From Blastocatellia bacterium (GTDB taxonomy: Bacteria > Acidobacteriota > Blastocatellia > UBA7656), in NCBI GenBank assembly GCA_963765495.1, contig CAVXWP010000009.1:192001-256000 (forward strand): a stretch of DNA of 64,000 nt, read 5' to 3'. The notes beneath the pieces are model-generated. The model searched no databases. It was not told the origin of the DNA and worked only from the letters and a program-made list of their open reading frames with translations. Both the position numbers and the translations under genes were made by a program. Positions 9,393 to 20,370 of the stretch are shown here, piece after piece. How positions within the stretch are numbered: position 1 is the stretch's first letter; every line of letters begins with the position of its first letter.

Positions 9393-9596
9393 GTGGCAAG
9401 AGTACAGGTTCACGATAACGAGAGTATTGAAAGCGCGATTCGTCGCTTCAAGCGGCAGGTAGCCCGCGAGGGTATTATCACCGATACCAAGAAACACGCA
9501 TTCTATCTGAAACCCGGCGAACGCCGCCGCCTGAAATCTCAGGTTGCAAGGCGACGAGCAAGAAAGAGTCTCAGAAAGCGCACCCACGACGAGTAA
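9393..9596 (+). CDS. rpsU: 30S ribosomal protein S21
   Basis: NESIESAIRRFKRQV and FYLKPGERRRLK. GGAGG RBS with GTG start. Confidence 0.95.
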   Translation: MARVQVHDNESIESAIRRFKRQVAREGIITDTKKHAFYLKPGERRRLKSQVARRRARKSLRKRTHDE

Positions 9597-9608
9597 CCCA
9601 ATCATTTC

Positions 9609-9666
9609 CCATTGGGTGTCAAGCGCCGACGACGGTCACGACTGTCTCGGCGCTTGGTGCTAATGG
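9609..9666. terminator. Long hairpin between convergent genes, probable terminator
   Basis: CAAGCGCCGA...TCGGCGCTTG stem extended by CCATT/AATGG, followed by a T-run. Confidence 0.6.
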
Positions 9667-9689
9667 CATCGCTTTTTTATCGGGATATT

Positions 9690-10631
9690 CTACTGGTCCT
9701 GAGCAGCCATCAGGCGATGCAGGGCCTCTTTCATCTGCCCGCGCGTCTCTTCATCCTTTTCAACAGTAATGGCCGTGTTTAGCGCTTCGACAGACGACTT
9801 GTCTCCTATGTCGGCAAGCGAAAGCGCGGCTGCGACCTTTACCATCTTGTAGTCGTCTTTCAGCAACAGGGTGAGCGGCCCCACGGCATCTCTGCTACGC
9901 AGCAGACCGAGCGCAGTGGCCACGGCTGAACGCACATCGGGAGCGTCATCCTTCACCATCGGTGAGAGTTGAGCCAGAGCGCGTGTGTCCTTGAGAGAAC
10001 CGAGTCCGAGAACTGCGGCTCCACGGACGCTTGGGCTTGAATCTCGAAGCGCCGCAATCAACGGGTCAATTGCGCGGGGGTCGCCGAGTTGTCCGAGCAC
10101 CCTGGCAGAGGCGCTCCGCACAAACGCGACGTCATCTTTCAGAGAGGTCAGCAGAGGTTCGACGGCGCGTTTATCATCCAGCTGCCCGAGCGAATTTATA
10201 GCCGCGGCGCGCACGTTCGCATCCTGATCCTGCAAGGTGGCGATGAGTGGTTCCACAGCGCGCCGGTCATCCATGTCGCCGAGCATCTCCGCCGCATCTC
10301 GCCGGTCATCAGCCGATTGACTCTTCAGTTTCTGCAAAACTTTGGCCAGGTCATCGGACTCATCGTCGCCCGCCCGCGCATCGTTGACCTGTTTAGCCAC
10401 GGGGGGAATTTGCCACAGAGCCACAGAGACACAGAGATTTTTATAATCTTTTCTCTGTGCCTCTGTGTTTCTGTGGCTATTCTGAACTCCTACGTTGACT
10501 TCGCTTGTTTGAATTTGAGACCGAATCGGCAGGGGGCCCCGATCAAGCGGCAGAGCTTTGGCCTGCGCGCTTACGAAGATCAAGCACAGCGTCAAAATTC
10601 CTATTCGCGTGCGACTTAAAAGAAGAGCCAT
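9690..10631 (-). CDS. Exported HEAT (PBS-lyase-like) repeat protein
   Basis: Signal peptide and about six 31-aa repeats of the form LxDxxxxVRxxAxxxLGxLxDxRAVxPL. Confidence 0.85.
   Translation of the reverse strand: MALLLSRTRIGILTLCLIFVSAQAKALPLDRGPLPIRSQIQTSEVNVGVQNSHRNTEAQRKDYKNLCVSVALWQIPPVAKQVNDARAGDDESDDLAKVLQKLKSQSADDRRDAAEMLGDMDDRRAVEPLIATLQDQDANVRAAAINSLGQLDDKRAVEPLLTSLKDDVAFVRSASARVLGQLGDPRAIDPLIAALRDSSPSVRGAAVLGLGSLKDTRALAQLSPMVKDDAPDVRSAVATALGLLRSRDAVGPLTLLLKDDYKMVKVAAALSLADIGDKSSVEALNTAITVEKDEETRGQMKEALHRLMAAQDQ
10412..10478. repeat. 8-nt-unit palindromic element (CACAGAG / CTCTGTG) in frame inside the HEAT gene
   Basis: AGCCACAGAGACACAGAG (10419-10436) pairs with CTCTGTGTTTCTGTGGCT (10461-10478) with one mismatch, around an AT-rich spacer. 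Confidence 0.75.
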
Positions 10632-11002
10632 CCTATCACCGAACTGATAAGACCGAGCAAGAGGAAAACAACTACGCTCAGCAAGAGGTAAAACGGCAAG
10701 CCAAGCAACATAACGGCCCAGTCTTCCACTTTAGCCTTGAAGGAGAAAAGCAGGGCCACAAGCAATAACACTAAAGCGATACTTGCGGAGAGCGCGGCCA
10801 CCGACTTTCCAGCCAATCCGAGCGACCAGTACCAAAAAAAGCATTCAACAACCGGAGCATAGATACGATCCAGCCAGAATCCTTTATCGGTTTGAGCGCG
10901 ACGAGAAATTGCCCATCCGGTGCCTACAAGAAGAATTACGCTTGCAATCAGATTCGTCAAGTTGACGGCGAGCCTCACCCGGTCGAATCTGCTGCGTGTC
11001 AT
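10616..11002 (-). CDS. Hypothetical membrane protein
   Basis: 3-4 hydrophobic segments. Co-oriented and tightly packed in the deoB run. Confidence 0.6.
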   Translation of the reverse strand: MTRSRFDRVRLAVNLTNLIASVILLVGTGWAISRRAQTDKGFWLDRIYAPVVECFFWYWSLGLAGKSVAALSASIALVLLLVALLFSFKAKVEDWAVMLLGLPFYLLLSVVVFLLLGLISSVIGWLFF

Positions 11003-11031
11003 TTGTATATCAAAGGTATTTCAAACTCAAA

Positions 11032-11214
11032 CTAACTGCCAAACATCCCGCCTAGTTTGTCGGCCAGGCCGCCTGCGCCGAATTTATCCAGATAAGAGCT
11101 TAGCTGTTGCGGATTGTTCTTTATGTAATCGAGCACGGTGTCAACCGCCTGCTCGGCCTTTTGCTGGTCAAGCCCTACGTTTGAAACCAGCAGTGAAACA
11201 AGTTGATCTTTCAT
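11032..11214 (-). CDS. Small conserved-looking hypothetical protein
   Basis: AAGGAG RBS. Helical GLDQQKAEQAVDTVLDYIK and a GGL..KLGGMFG tail. Confidence 0.7.
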   Translation of the reverse strand: MKDQLVSLLVSNVGLDQQKAEQAVDTVLDYIKNNPQQLSSYLDKFGAGGLADKLGGMFGS

Positions 11215-11241
11215 AATAACGCGCGCTCCTTGAGTGAAAAG

Positions 11242-12429
11242 TCAAACTATCTCATTTAGAAAACTGCGTCCGGCCTGCAACTCTACACCGAAATTCTCGG
11301 CTATCGTCCGGCCAATATCGGCAAGCGACGAGCGCGTCCCCAGGTTTACATTCCGACGTGCGCGCGGCCCCCAGGCCAAAATCGGCACGTACTCGCGCGT
11401 GTGATCCGTAGATATATCCCCCGGGTCGCATCCGTGATCGGCGCTGATGATAAGCAGGTCGTCCTTTTGCATCGCCTGTTCGATTTCAGGCAGGCGAGCA
11501 TCGAATTGCTCAAGCGCCCGCGCGTAGCCTTCGACATCGTTGCGGTGGCCATAAAGCATATCGAAATCGACCAGGTTAGTGAAGATCAATCCGCCTCTCG
11601 TCTGATCGAGCGCCCGCAGGGTCTGGTCTACGCTTGCGTTGTTGTTTCCGGCGGCGAGTTCTTCGGTTGTGCCGCGATGGCAAAAGATAGAGCCGATCTT
11701 GCCGACGGCGGCAACATCGAGGCCCTTTGATTTAATGCGATCCAGCAGGGTCTCTTCCGGGGGATCAATGGCATAATCGCGGCGCGCTTCCGTGCGGCGA
11801 AAGTTTCCCGGCTCTCCCACAAAGGGGCGGGCGATCACGCGCCCGACCTGATCGCGCCCCGTGAGTTGACGGCGCGCTATTTCAGACCACTGATAAAGTT
11901 GATCGAGCCCTACGACCTGTTCGTGCGCGGCTATCTGGAAAACGCTGTCTGCCGATGTGTAAACAATAGGCCGCCCCGTGCGCACGTGTTCTTCTCCGAG
12001 TTCCTTTATAATCTCCGTTCCCGAGGCCGGTTTGTTGCCGAGCACCTTTCGCCCGATTGCCCGTTCAAACGCCTCTATAACGCGGGGCGGGAATCCATTT
12101 GAATAGGTGGGAAAGGGGTCGCTTGTGATGATGCCGCTCATCTCCCAGTGACCAGTTGTGGTGTCTTTGCCACGCGACTCGGTGGCCGCGCGACCAAACG
12201 CGCCCAGTGGCGCAGGGACCGGCTCGACCGGAAGTTTAGTGATGTTGGCCAGTCCCAGAGCGCGCAGATTCGGTATATGAACATCCCGCGAGCCAAGAGT
12301 GTGGCCGAGCGTATCAGCCCCCGCGTCACCATAATCGGCGGCATCCGGCATCTCGCCTATGCCTACACTATCGAGCACGACGAGCACAACTCTGTTGAAC
12401 GGCCTGTTAAACGGATTGTCCTGTGCCAT
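11242..12429 (-). CDS. deoB: Phosphopentomutase
   Basis: VLDSVGIG, GKDTTTGHWE, YTSADSVFQIAAHE, DFDMLYGHRND, ADHGCDP. Confidence 0.96.
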   Translation of the reverse strand: MAQDNPFNRPFNRVVLVVLDSVGIGEMPDAADYGDAGADTLGHTLGSRDVHIPNLRALGLANITKLPVEPVPAPLGAFGRAATESRGKDTTTGHWEMSGIITSDPFPTYSNGFPPRVIEAFERAIGRKVLGNKPASGTEIIKELGEEHVRTGRPIVYTSADSVFQIAAHEQVVGLDQLYQWSEIARRQLTGRDQVGRVIARPFVGEPGNFRRTEARRDYAIDPPEETLLDRIKSKGLDVAAVGKIGSIFCHRGTTEELAAGNNNASVDQTLRALDQTRGGLIFTNLVDFDMLYGHRNDVEGYARALEQFDARLPEIEQAMQKDDLLIISADHGCDPGDISTDHTREYVPILAWGPRARRNVNLGTRSSLADIGRTIAENFGVELQAGRSFLNEIV

Positions 12430-12490
12430 CTAAAAATCCCCTGCACGGATTCTAAGACCGTAAACCGAAATTAGCAACAATCGAGCAACC

Positions 12491-12520
12491 TTGACACTCT
12501 TTGCACGCGAGCGTATTAAT
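12491..12520 (+). promoter_or_regulatory. Putative sigma70 promoter giving a near-leaderless transcript
   Basis: TTGACA-17nt-TATTAA(T), 5-6 nt before ATG 12526. No SD sequence. Confidence 0.5.
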
Positions 12521-12525
12521 GAGCT

Positions 12526-12816
12526 ATGAATAACGAGGAAGCCACAACCCAACCCACCATCGAGACTGTCCTGAAACGCATAAATGTCCTTGCAGATGAA
12601 TTTCGAAACGGGATGCAGGCGCTCCACACCGAGCAGCAGGCGCTGCGCGCTGAGCAGCAGGCGTTTCGTGAGAGCATCGAAGATAGAATAGGTCAGCTTG
12701 AGTTCCGGCTCGATAAAGTTTATGGCGCTACGTTAACCGTGCGAGGAAACCTTGGCGAACTCCGCAAAGAATTGAAGGAACATATTCCAGAGCTTCAGCC
12801 TTATAGCGAGCTTTGA
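12526..12816 (+). CDS. Small coiled-coil hypothetical protein
   Basis: Heptad pattern QALHTEQQALRAEQQAFRE. Confidence 0.7.
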   Translation: MNNEEATTQPTIETVLKRINVLADEFRNGMQALHTEQQALRAEQQAFRESIEDRIGQLEFRLDKVYGATLTVRGNLGELRKELKEHIPELQPYSEL

Positions 12817-12834
12817 TCCGGCGGCTTTGAGTTT

Positions 12835-14889
12835 TTATTTTTGCGCTTTCGCAAGCCTCGCGCTCACAAACTCCAATACTGCTTCGTAGAGTTGTTCGAG
12901 TATCTTTCTTCGTTCGGCTCTGTTTGTAAATCCTATCGCCGCAAGTACGGCTTCATCCAGATTGCGACGGTCGGCGCGCTTCACTTCTTCAAAGACCGAC
13001 ACAACACGGCGGCCTGTGAGGGCATCGAGCGCCGCTTCGAGCCTCTTTCTCAAAGCTCGGGATAACTGGCGAGGATCGGGAATCAATATCTGTTCCGCTA
13101 CGGCTACGTCTATGTCGGCGATGGCCTGCGCGCCGGTCATCTGCCGACAGGTTATCTCGGCGAAGTAGCGCGCCCACGTTGAATTGAGCAGCGCCGCAAG
13201 AAGCTTTCCCGTAGCGGTATCGCGCGGGAATACGCCGTAGAGTTTCTTATCTTCATACACACCCGCGCGGTTCAGAGCCACAAGCCAGCGCTCGCCGACT
13301 TTGGCGGGAAAGATCAAAGGCGCAGGCTTCATTCCGCGAGTCACGCCGTACCACGGCTCGCGCCCCTTACAGGTAGGGCGCAGGTGGTAGCCCGCCTGCT
13401 CTCCGCTTCGGATGTACTTCAAAGCCTCTGTCCCGGCCAGTTCGTCAGGCGGAGCCTGGCAATTGAAGAAGAGTTTTCCTCCGTCTCCCGGCTCTATTTC
13501 TATGCCTGAAATCTCTTTCAACGAGAAGATAACCGGCGACAAAAACCTCGATTCTATTTTGTGTCGCGCGCCCCTGCCGTCTTCAACTACGGTGGCAGAA
13601 TGAGTCTTTTGCGAGGTCTTTTGCCGCCTTGTCTGTTTTCCACCCGATGGGTTGCGATCATCTACAGCCTTGAGATAGAAGAATTCATTTGCGCCCGTAG
13701 TAAGCCCGCGCCTCACCGAGGCAACATCGCCGAGATGCATCATTCTGGCATCCTTGCGCCCGACTACATAGAAAAATTCATTGGCTCCGGTCTTGACCCC
13801 GAATCGCACGCGGGCGAGGTCGGCAAGCGGCTTGAGACGGAGCCCGCCGCGATCAAGAACCTGAAAAAAAACGTCCTTCGCGTGCATGTACTTTCCCCAG
13901 CCCGCCGAGGGATTCGCCCGCGTCTCTGTTTTCGAGAGATCGCCTTCGCGCAGAATTTCTGCGCCGGGCAATTCCGCCTGACTCACTATTCTTATGCGGT
14001 GCGTCTTGTTCACAATCGGCGAGCGGGTCTCTTCAATAGCGCGAGCAAACTCAATCGCCTCCTCGGTCCGGCAACCGGAGGAGTCGAAGTTTCCGAATAT
14101 CTCTGCCAGCGGGCGGGTCAATTGAACAAAGCGCACCGGGTTGACACAGCGCGCTCGCTCGTCCGTCTCGCGCTCAAGCACGGTGATCGAAGTATTTATC
14201 GAAGCATCATCGAAAAAGCTCTCGACGGCGGATTCGATGACGGCCAGCACGCGGAAATTGCAGGTCAGAAACCTGCGGAGCGCGAGACCATAGGCTACGT
14301 CGAGCCAACTGCTCGCGGTTAAAAAGACTACGCGCCCGCCCTGAGAGAGAAATCTGATCGAGTGGGCAAAGAAATATACATAGATATCCGACCGGCCCGA
14401 CCACCGGGGCCAGAATACATCGGGCATTCTTTCGCGGTCCCGCGCCATTTGCGAGGCCAATCGCGCTTTGTCGCCTGAGCCCATCACCTCTTGCCTGATG
14501 TATGGCGGATTGCCGATTATCGCGTCAAACTGCAAAGGCAGCGCGTGTGAAACAAGTCCGCTCATCCCCGGCTCGATTTCGAAGAAATCAGCGCGTGCTA
14601 CCTGAGCGCCCGTCCTTGCGGCTCTCTCGATAGCCGGGGCCGACAGGTCTACTCCAAAGACTTCCCGAGAGCGTCGGGCGTCCTTTCTTTGCCCGCGTTT
14701 TTTTTCGGCAGTGTCGGCAAAGCCGATCTTGAGCCGCAAGGCTTCGGCAAGCAACCGCCCGTCGCCACAGGCCGGATCGAAGATCAAATCTCTTGAGGAT
14801 CGAACGGCGAAGGCCCCAAGCAGTCGGGCGACCTCAACAGGGGTATAGTGCTGTCCATAGCGATGGCGTTCGCCTCTTTTATCAGTCAT
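12835..14889 (-). CDS. N6-adenine DNA methyltransferase (gamma class, Eco57I/TaqI-like) with C-terminal target-recognition region
   Basis: GQHYTP (motif X), FDPACGDG (motif I), IIGNPPY (motif IV), DIYVYF. Start is uncertain (14889 or 14958). Confidence 0.85.
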   Translation of the reverse strand: MTDKRGERHRYGQHYTPVEVARLLGAFAVRSSRDLIFDPACGDGRLLAEALRLKIGFADTAEKKRGQRKDARRSREVFGVDLSAPAIERAARTGAQVARADFFEIEPGMSGLVSHALPLQFDAIIGNPPYIRQEVMGSGDKARLASQMARDRERMPDVFWPRWSGRSDIYVYFFAHSIRFLSQGGRVVFLTASSWLDVAYGLALRRFLTCNFRVLAVIESAVESFFDDASINTSITVLERETDERARCVNPVRFVQLTRPLAEIFGNFDSSGCRTEEAIEFARAIEETRSPIVNKTHRIRIVSQAELPGAEILREGDLSKTETRANPSAGWGKYMHAKDVFFQVLDRGGLRLKPLADLARVRFGVKTGANEFFYVVGRKDARMMHLGDVASVRRGLTTGANEFFYLKAVDDRNPSGGKQTRRQKTSQKTHSATVVEDGRGARHKIESRFLSPVIFSLKEISGIEIEPGDGGKLFFNCQAPPDELAGTEALKYIRSGEQAGYHLRPTCKGREPWYGVTRGMKPAPLIFPAKVGERWLVALNRAGVYEDKKLYGVFPRDTATGKLLAALLNSTWARYFAEITCRQMTGAQAIADIDVAVAEQILIPDPRQLSRALRKRLEAALDALTGRRVVSVFEEVKRADRRNLDEAVLAAIGFTNRAERRKILEQLYEAVLEFVSARLAKAQK

Positions 14890-15013
14890 CAGAGTTAAAC
14901 GGTTGTCGCAAGCATCGAAACTTGATAGCCGGGCGCTTGCGGAATAAAATTGAATCAAGCATGCTTGTGAAATTCAGGCGACAAGCGGGCTGAGTTTAGC
15001 AGCCGGACAGGCT

Positions 15014-16033
15014 ATGAATAAAGAAGAGATCGCTGAAATACTGGAACAGACTCCATTTATTCCTCACCCGGCGTTAAAGAACGCCCACGCGCAGACTATC
15101 GCATCATCACTCATCCGGCGGCGCATCAGACTGCTTGCCAAAAACTCCGAGCCTCGATTCTTTGATGTGACACCGGGCGGACGGGTGCTGGCGCATTGCT
15201 CGTGGCAACCGGATGCGGCGCATAAACCTACTGTTTTGATCCTGCACGGGCTTGAAGGCTCGACCGATTCGGGCTATATGCTTGGAACCGCAGAAAAGGC
15301 TCTGGCAGCCGGTTTCAACGCGATACGTTTGAATATGCGCAACTGCGGAGGGACGGAGCACCTCTCTCCCTCGCTCTATCACGCGGGGCTGACCGACGAT
15401 CTGCGGCAGGTGATCGCCGAATTGCTTGACCGCGACCGCGTAAGGCAGCTTTATCTGGTCGGTTTCTCTTTAGGCGGCAATGTAGTCTTAAAACTCGCGG
15501 GCGAATACGGGGACGAGATGCCGGAATCAATCCGGGCCGTAGCAGCTATCTCTCCATCGCTCGATCTGGCCTCCTGCGCCGACGCGATGGAGATGAGATC
15601 AAACCTGCTCTATCACTACAGCTTTCTGAGAAGCCTCAAGAGCCGCCTGCGGCGCAAGGCGCGGCTCTTTCCCGAACGCTATGATGTATCCCGGCTGCGC
15701 GGCATATGGTCGATCCGAAGCTTTGACGATGTCTACACCGCTCCGATGTCGGGTTTTCTCAATGTAACGGATTATTACCGGCGGGCAAGCGCGCTTCCAT
15801 TGATCGGACGGATCGCGGTGCCCACGCTAATCATTCATGCCAAAGACGACCCCTTCATCCCGTTCGCCCCGTTCGAGCGGTTGGAGATCACCGGAAATCA
15901 GAGGGTGGTTCTGCTTGCCCCCGATCATGGCGGTCACGTCGGATTCATCACAGCCCGCCCGGAGAGACAGGGCCGCTACTGGGCCGAAACGAAAGCCCTT
16001 GAGTTTTTCGGTATAGAAACCGGACGAGGTTAG
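15014..16033 (+). CDS. YheT/AB-hydrolase-4-like esterase
   Basis: NAHAQT, HGLEGS, GFSLGG, DDPFI, GGHVGF. Confidence 0.88.
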   Translation: MNKEEIAEILEQTPFIPHPALKNAHAQTIASSLIRRRIRLLAKNSEPRFFDVTPGGRVLAHCSWQPDAAHKPTVLILHGLEGSTDSGYMLGTAEKALAAGFNAIRLNMRNCGGTEHLSPSLYHAGLTDDLRQVIAELLDRDRVRQLYLVGFSLGGNVVLKLAGEYGDEMPESIRAVAAISPSLDLASCADAMEMRSNLLYHYSFLRSLKSRLRRKARLFPERYDVSRLRGIWSIRSFDDVYTAPMSGFLNVTDYYRRASALPLIGRIAVPTLIIHAKDDPFIPFAPFERLEITGNQRVVLLAPDHGGHVGFITARPERQGRYWAETKALEFFGIETGRG

Positions 16034-16056
16034 GGCCGTTCAATTCTCAGGGAAAT

Positions 16057-16143
16057 CTTTGCATACTTTGCGACTTTGCGCCTTGGCGAGAAATAGAATC
16101 TCGCAGAGACGCCAAGGCGCAAAGTACGCCAGGAAACACAAAG
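16057..16143. repeat. 8-nt-unit inverted repeat element
   Basis: CTTTGCGCCTTGGCG...CGCCAAGGCGCAAAG. Shares the core GCGAGAAATAG with the 27473 element. Confidence 0.8.
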
Positions 16144-16324
16144 CTTTATCATCCAAATTCAAGTTGTTTCAGACTGGAATTACCATCCGCACATTGACAA
16201 ATGAACCTGCGAGTATTAAAACGAATGCAACTGGAAACCTGCACGGGTGGGACTAAAATCCGTTGAATAAGCCGAACGAGAATAGAGGGAAGAGGCGGGC
16301 AGGGGTTTAGGAGAGGATTCCGAG

Positions 16325-18400
16325 ATGCTTGAAGCCAATACGGTTTTGCAGAACAGGTATGTTATTACCCGCAAACTCGGGCAGGGCGGAATGGGGGCTG
16401 TCTATCAGGCCACGGACCGGAGATTTGACAGCACTGTCGCCCTTAAAGAGACGCTTGTAAGCGGAGAACAGCTTCGCAAGGCATTCGAGCGCGAAGCGCG
16501 CCTGCTCAACAGCCTGCGACACGCGGCTCTGCCCGTAGTGATGGATTACTTCACCGAATCCGAAGGCGTTTACCTCGTCATGCAGTTTATCCCCGGAGAG
16601 GACCTGGCCGATCTTCTGGAAAAAAACGGCGGGCCCTTTCCAGCATCGAAAGTGGTCGAATGGAGCGATCAGTTGCTCAACGCTCTCGATTATCTTCACA
16701 GCTATGATCCGCCGGTTATTCATCGCGACATAAAACCTCAGAACTTGAAATTGACTCCGCGCGGCGAAGTGATCCTGCTCGATTTCGGACTGGCAAAAGG
16801 CTCTGTCGGGCTTTCCCCGCTGACCACTTCAAGCAGCGTACTCGGCTACACCCCGCACTATGCGCCGTTCGAACAGATTCAAGGGTCCGGCACCGACCCG
16901 CGCAGCGATCAGTATTCGCTTGCCGCCACCATGTATCACCTGATAACCGGGGTCAAGCCGGTTGATGCGCTTACGAGGACCGCCGCTAAAATCGGAGGGA
17001 GACCCGACCCTTTGCCAGCGCCAGGCGAGGTAAATCCCGATATTCCGGCTTCGGTCTCTGATGTTTTTGTGAAGGCGATGGCCATCAATCAGGATGAGCG
17101 ATACAAATCGGCCGATGAGATGCGGCAGGCATTGCGCGAGGCCAGAGACGGCTCATCCATCACAAGAGTAGGCAGCAGATCGGTTCCCGCTACACAGGAA
17201 ACAGGCAAGGACATGGACCGGACCAGAATAGGTTCGGGTCAGGCAACACAGCTCATGGACACCTCGATGGGGGCTCAACCTGCTGCGACCAGGATTGAAG
17301 CGGCTACGGTTGTGGACCACAAGCCCCTTGCGTCATTGCCTGCCCCGGCTTCCGTCCCCGCCAGCACTCGAATCGAAGCTGAGAGCCGCTCCTCTTCCCG
17401 ATTGCCGATTCTGATTATTGCGGTTCTGCTTCTGGCCGGAGGGGCCGCAGCCGTCTGGTACTTTATGAGCAACAAAGCGGCTGCCCCGCCCGCGACCCCG
17501 TCTCCGGCGACTGCCGGAAATGGCGCGCCTGAAACTGAAACCGTGGCCGGGCTGCCGCTGAAAACCATCTCTTTCGATGTAGTGACCCTCGACGACGCGG
17601 GCAAGGTTGACCGCAAGCCCGGCGAGGCGAAATATTTCACCGAAGAACTCGGAGCCGGAGTAAAACTCGATATGGTCAGGATACCCGAAGGCATCTTCCT
17701 TATGGGGTCTTCGGGCAGCGAGGTCGGCCGGTTTGGCGAAGAAGGGCCTCAGCATAACGTACAGGTGTCCGCATTTTACATGGGCAGGTTCGAAGTGACT
17801 CAGGCGCAGTGGCGGGCCGTCGCCGGTCTGCCAAAGATAAACCGCGATCTCAATGCCAGCCCGTCGGGCGCCGAAGGAGTCAACCGCCCTGTCGAGCGAA
17901 TCTCCTGGGAAGATGCGGAAGAATTCTGCGCCCGGCTGTCAAAAAAGACCGGGAAAACTTACCGCCTGCCGAGCGAAGCCGAATGGGAGTACGCGTGCCG
18001 GGCGGGAACCACTACGCCGTATAATTTTGGAGAGACAATCTCGCCCGAAGTCGCCAATTATGACGGAACTACTGTTTATCAAAACGGTCCAACGGGCGAG
18101 TACAGAAAGTCTACGATTCCGGTTGGGAGTTTGAAGGCGGCAAATGCATTCGGGTTGTACGATATGCACGGGAACGTGTGGGAATGGTGCGCAGACCCGT
18201 GGCATGCGAGCTACAACGGAGCGCCTTCGGATGGAAGCGTCTGGCAGGAAGGGGCCGACACATCGAAGAGAATTTTGCGAGGCGGATCGTGGAACCGTCC
18301 GGCCAACAACTGCCGCTCGGCATACCGCCTGAAGGACGCGACGACGACAAAATTCGATGTAATAGGATTTCGAGTGGTAATGGTTGACGAGAAGAAGTAA
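16325..18400 (+). CDS. Hanks-type Ser/Thr kinase + TM + FGE-sulfatase (SUMF1-like) domain
   Basis: Kinase motifs [21 protein letters not shown]. One TM. C-terminal [34 protein letters not shown]. Confidence 0.93.
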   Translation: MLEANTVLQNRYVITRKLGQGGMGAVYQATDRRFDSTVALKETLVSGEQLRKAFEREARLLNSLRHAALPVVMDYFTESEGVYLVMQFIPGEDLADLLEKNGGPFPASKVVEWSDQLLNALDYLHSYDPPVIHRDIKPQNLKLTPRGEVILLDFGLAKGSVGLSPLTTSSSVLGYTPHYAPFEQIQGSGTDPRSDQYSLAATMYHLITGVKPVDALTRTAAKIGGRPDPLPAPGEVNPDIPASVSDVFVKAMAINQDERYKSADEMRQALREARDGSSITRVGSRSVPATQETGKDMDRTRIGSGQATQLMDTSMGAQPAATRIEAATVVDHKPLASLPAPASVPASTRIEAESRSSSRLPILIIAVLLLAGGAAAVWYFMSNKAAAPPATPSPATAGNGAPETETVAGLPLKTISFDVVTLDDAGKVDRKPGEAKYFTEELGAGVKLDMVRIPEGIFLMGSSGSEVGRFGEEGPQHNVQVSAFYMGRFEVTQAQWRAVAGLPKINRDLNASPSGAEGVNRPVERISWEDAEEFCARLSKKTGKTYRLPSEAEWEYACRAGTTTPYNFGETISPEVANYDGTTVYQNGPTGEYRKSTIPVGSLKAANAFGLYDMHGNVWEWCADPWHASYNGAPSDGSVWQEGADTSKRILRGGSWNRPANNCRSAYRLKDATTTKFDVIGFRVVMVDEKK

Positions 18401-18488
18401 AGGACTCTATCCAACCCGATATCACCTTTTCCGCCTGCCACAGGCAGCCGAAGACTCAATTCATCCGAGAAAGTGACAGAGGAAATCA

Positions 18489-19419
<931 letters not shown>

Positions 19420-19431
19420 AAGGGTGGACGA

Positions 19432-20367
19432 ATGAGCAGAGTTCAAATCACCGTACCGGCTTCGACTTCAAATCTTGGGGCGAGTTTCGATGCCTGCGGG
19501 CTTGCGCTTACGCTTTATCTGCGGGTCACAATCGAAGAGCGGGAAAGCGGATTTGAAATTCTGCCGTCGGGCGAAGGCGCAGATAAGGTACCGCGTGACG
19601 AATCTAACCTGATTGCCAGAGTAGTCCGCTTTGTAGCCGAAAGACGCGGGCGAAGAATTGCCGGGGCAAGGCTGCTGGTTGACAGCCAGATCCCGCTTGC
19701 GCGCGGTCTTGGCAGCAGCAGTTCGGCCATAGTCGCGGGCATCTCGGTCTATGAGGCGCTTGCGGGCGAACGCCTGAGCGAGAACGAATTTTTCGGCTAC
19801 GCGCTGAACTTTGAAGCTCACGGAGACAATCTCGCGCCAAGCCGCCTGGGCGGGCTGGTCGTCACCTGTGTGGTCGGTGAGGAGAGTGAACGGCTTTCGC
19901 TCGTTAATGTCAAACGCCACTGGCCCGAGGAGGTCAAGATAGTCTTGCTGGTCCCCGAAATAGAGATGGAGACAGCGCGCATGCGCGCCGTATTGCCTGA
20001 AAGCGTAACGAGAGCCGACGCTATATTCAATCTCCAGCGCGCCGCCCTGCTTCAGGCCGCCCTTGCCGAGCATAGATTCGATCTGTTTAGCGAAGCCCTG
20101 CGCGACCGATTGCATCAGCCTTATCGCGCGCGCCTTGCTCCGGGCATAGGCGAGGTGCTGCGGCTCAACTTAGAGACCAGCCTCTATGACGGTTTGCTGG
20201 GTGTCGCAATCAGCGGCGCAGGGTCTACGATGATAGCCTTTGCCCTGAGCGACTGTGACGCCATAGCTGCCGAAATGCGTGCGCGTATGACGCACGCGAA
20301 AGTCGAGGCGCGAACCTTTCAGGTCGAGGTAGATAACCTGGGCCGGAGGTTTGAGACCCGTGAGTGA
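19432..20367 (+). CDS. thrB: Homoserine kinase
   Basis: [22 protein letters not shown] (GHMP), [20 protein letters not shown]. Confidence 0.93.
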   Translation: MSRVQITVPASTSNLGASFDACGLALTLYLRVTIEERESGFEILPSGEGADKVPRDESNLIARVVRFVAERRGRRIAGARLLVDSQIPLARGLGSSSSAIVAGISVYEALAGERLSENEFFGYALNFEAHGDNLAPSRLGGLVVTCVVGEESERLSLVNVKRHWPEEVKIVLLVPEIEMETARMRAVLPESVTRADAIFNLQRAALLQAALAEHRFDLFSEALRDRLHQPYRARLAPGIGEVLRLNLETSLYDGLLGVAISGAGSTMIAFALSDCDAIAAEMRARMTHAKVEARTFQVEVDNLGRRFETRE

Positions 20368-20370
20368 AGC

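Noticed and set aside
12835-14958. Methyltransferase as part of a BREX, DISARM or R-M defence system
   Set aside because: No nuclease, helicase, ATPase or pglZ neighbours.
18270-18400. FGE-sulfatase C-terminus as a diversity-generating retroelement target
   Set aside because: No reverse transcriptase and no adenine-rich template repeat are visible in the window.
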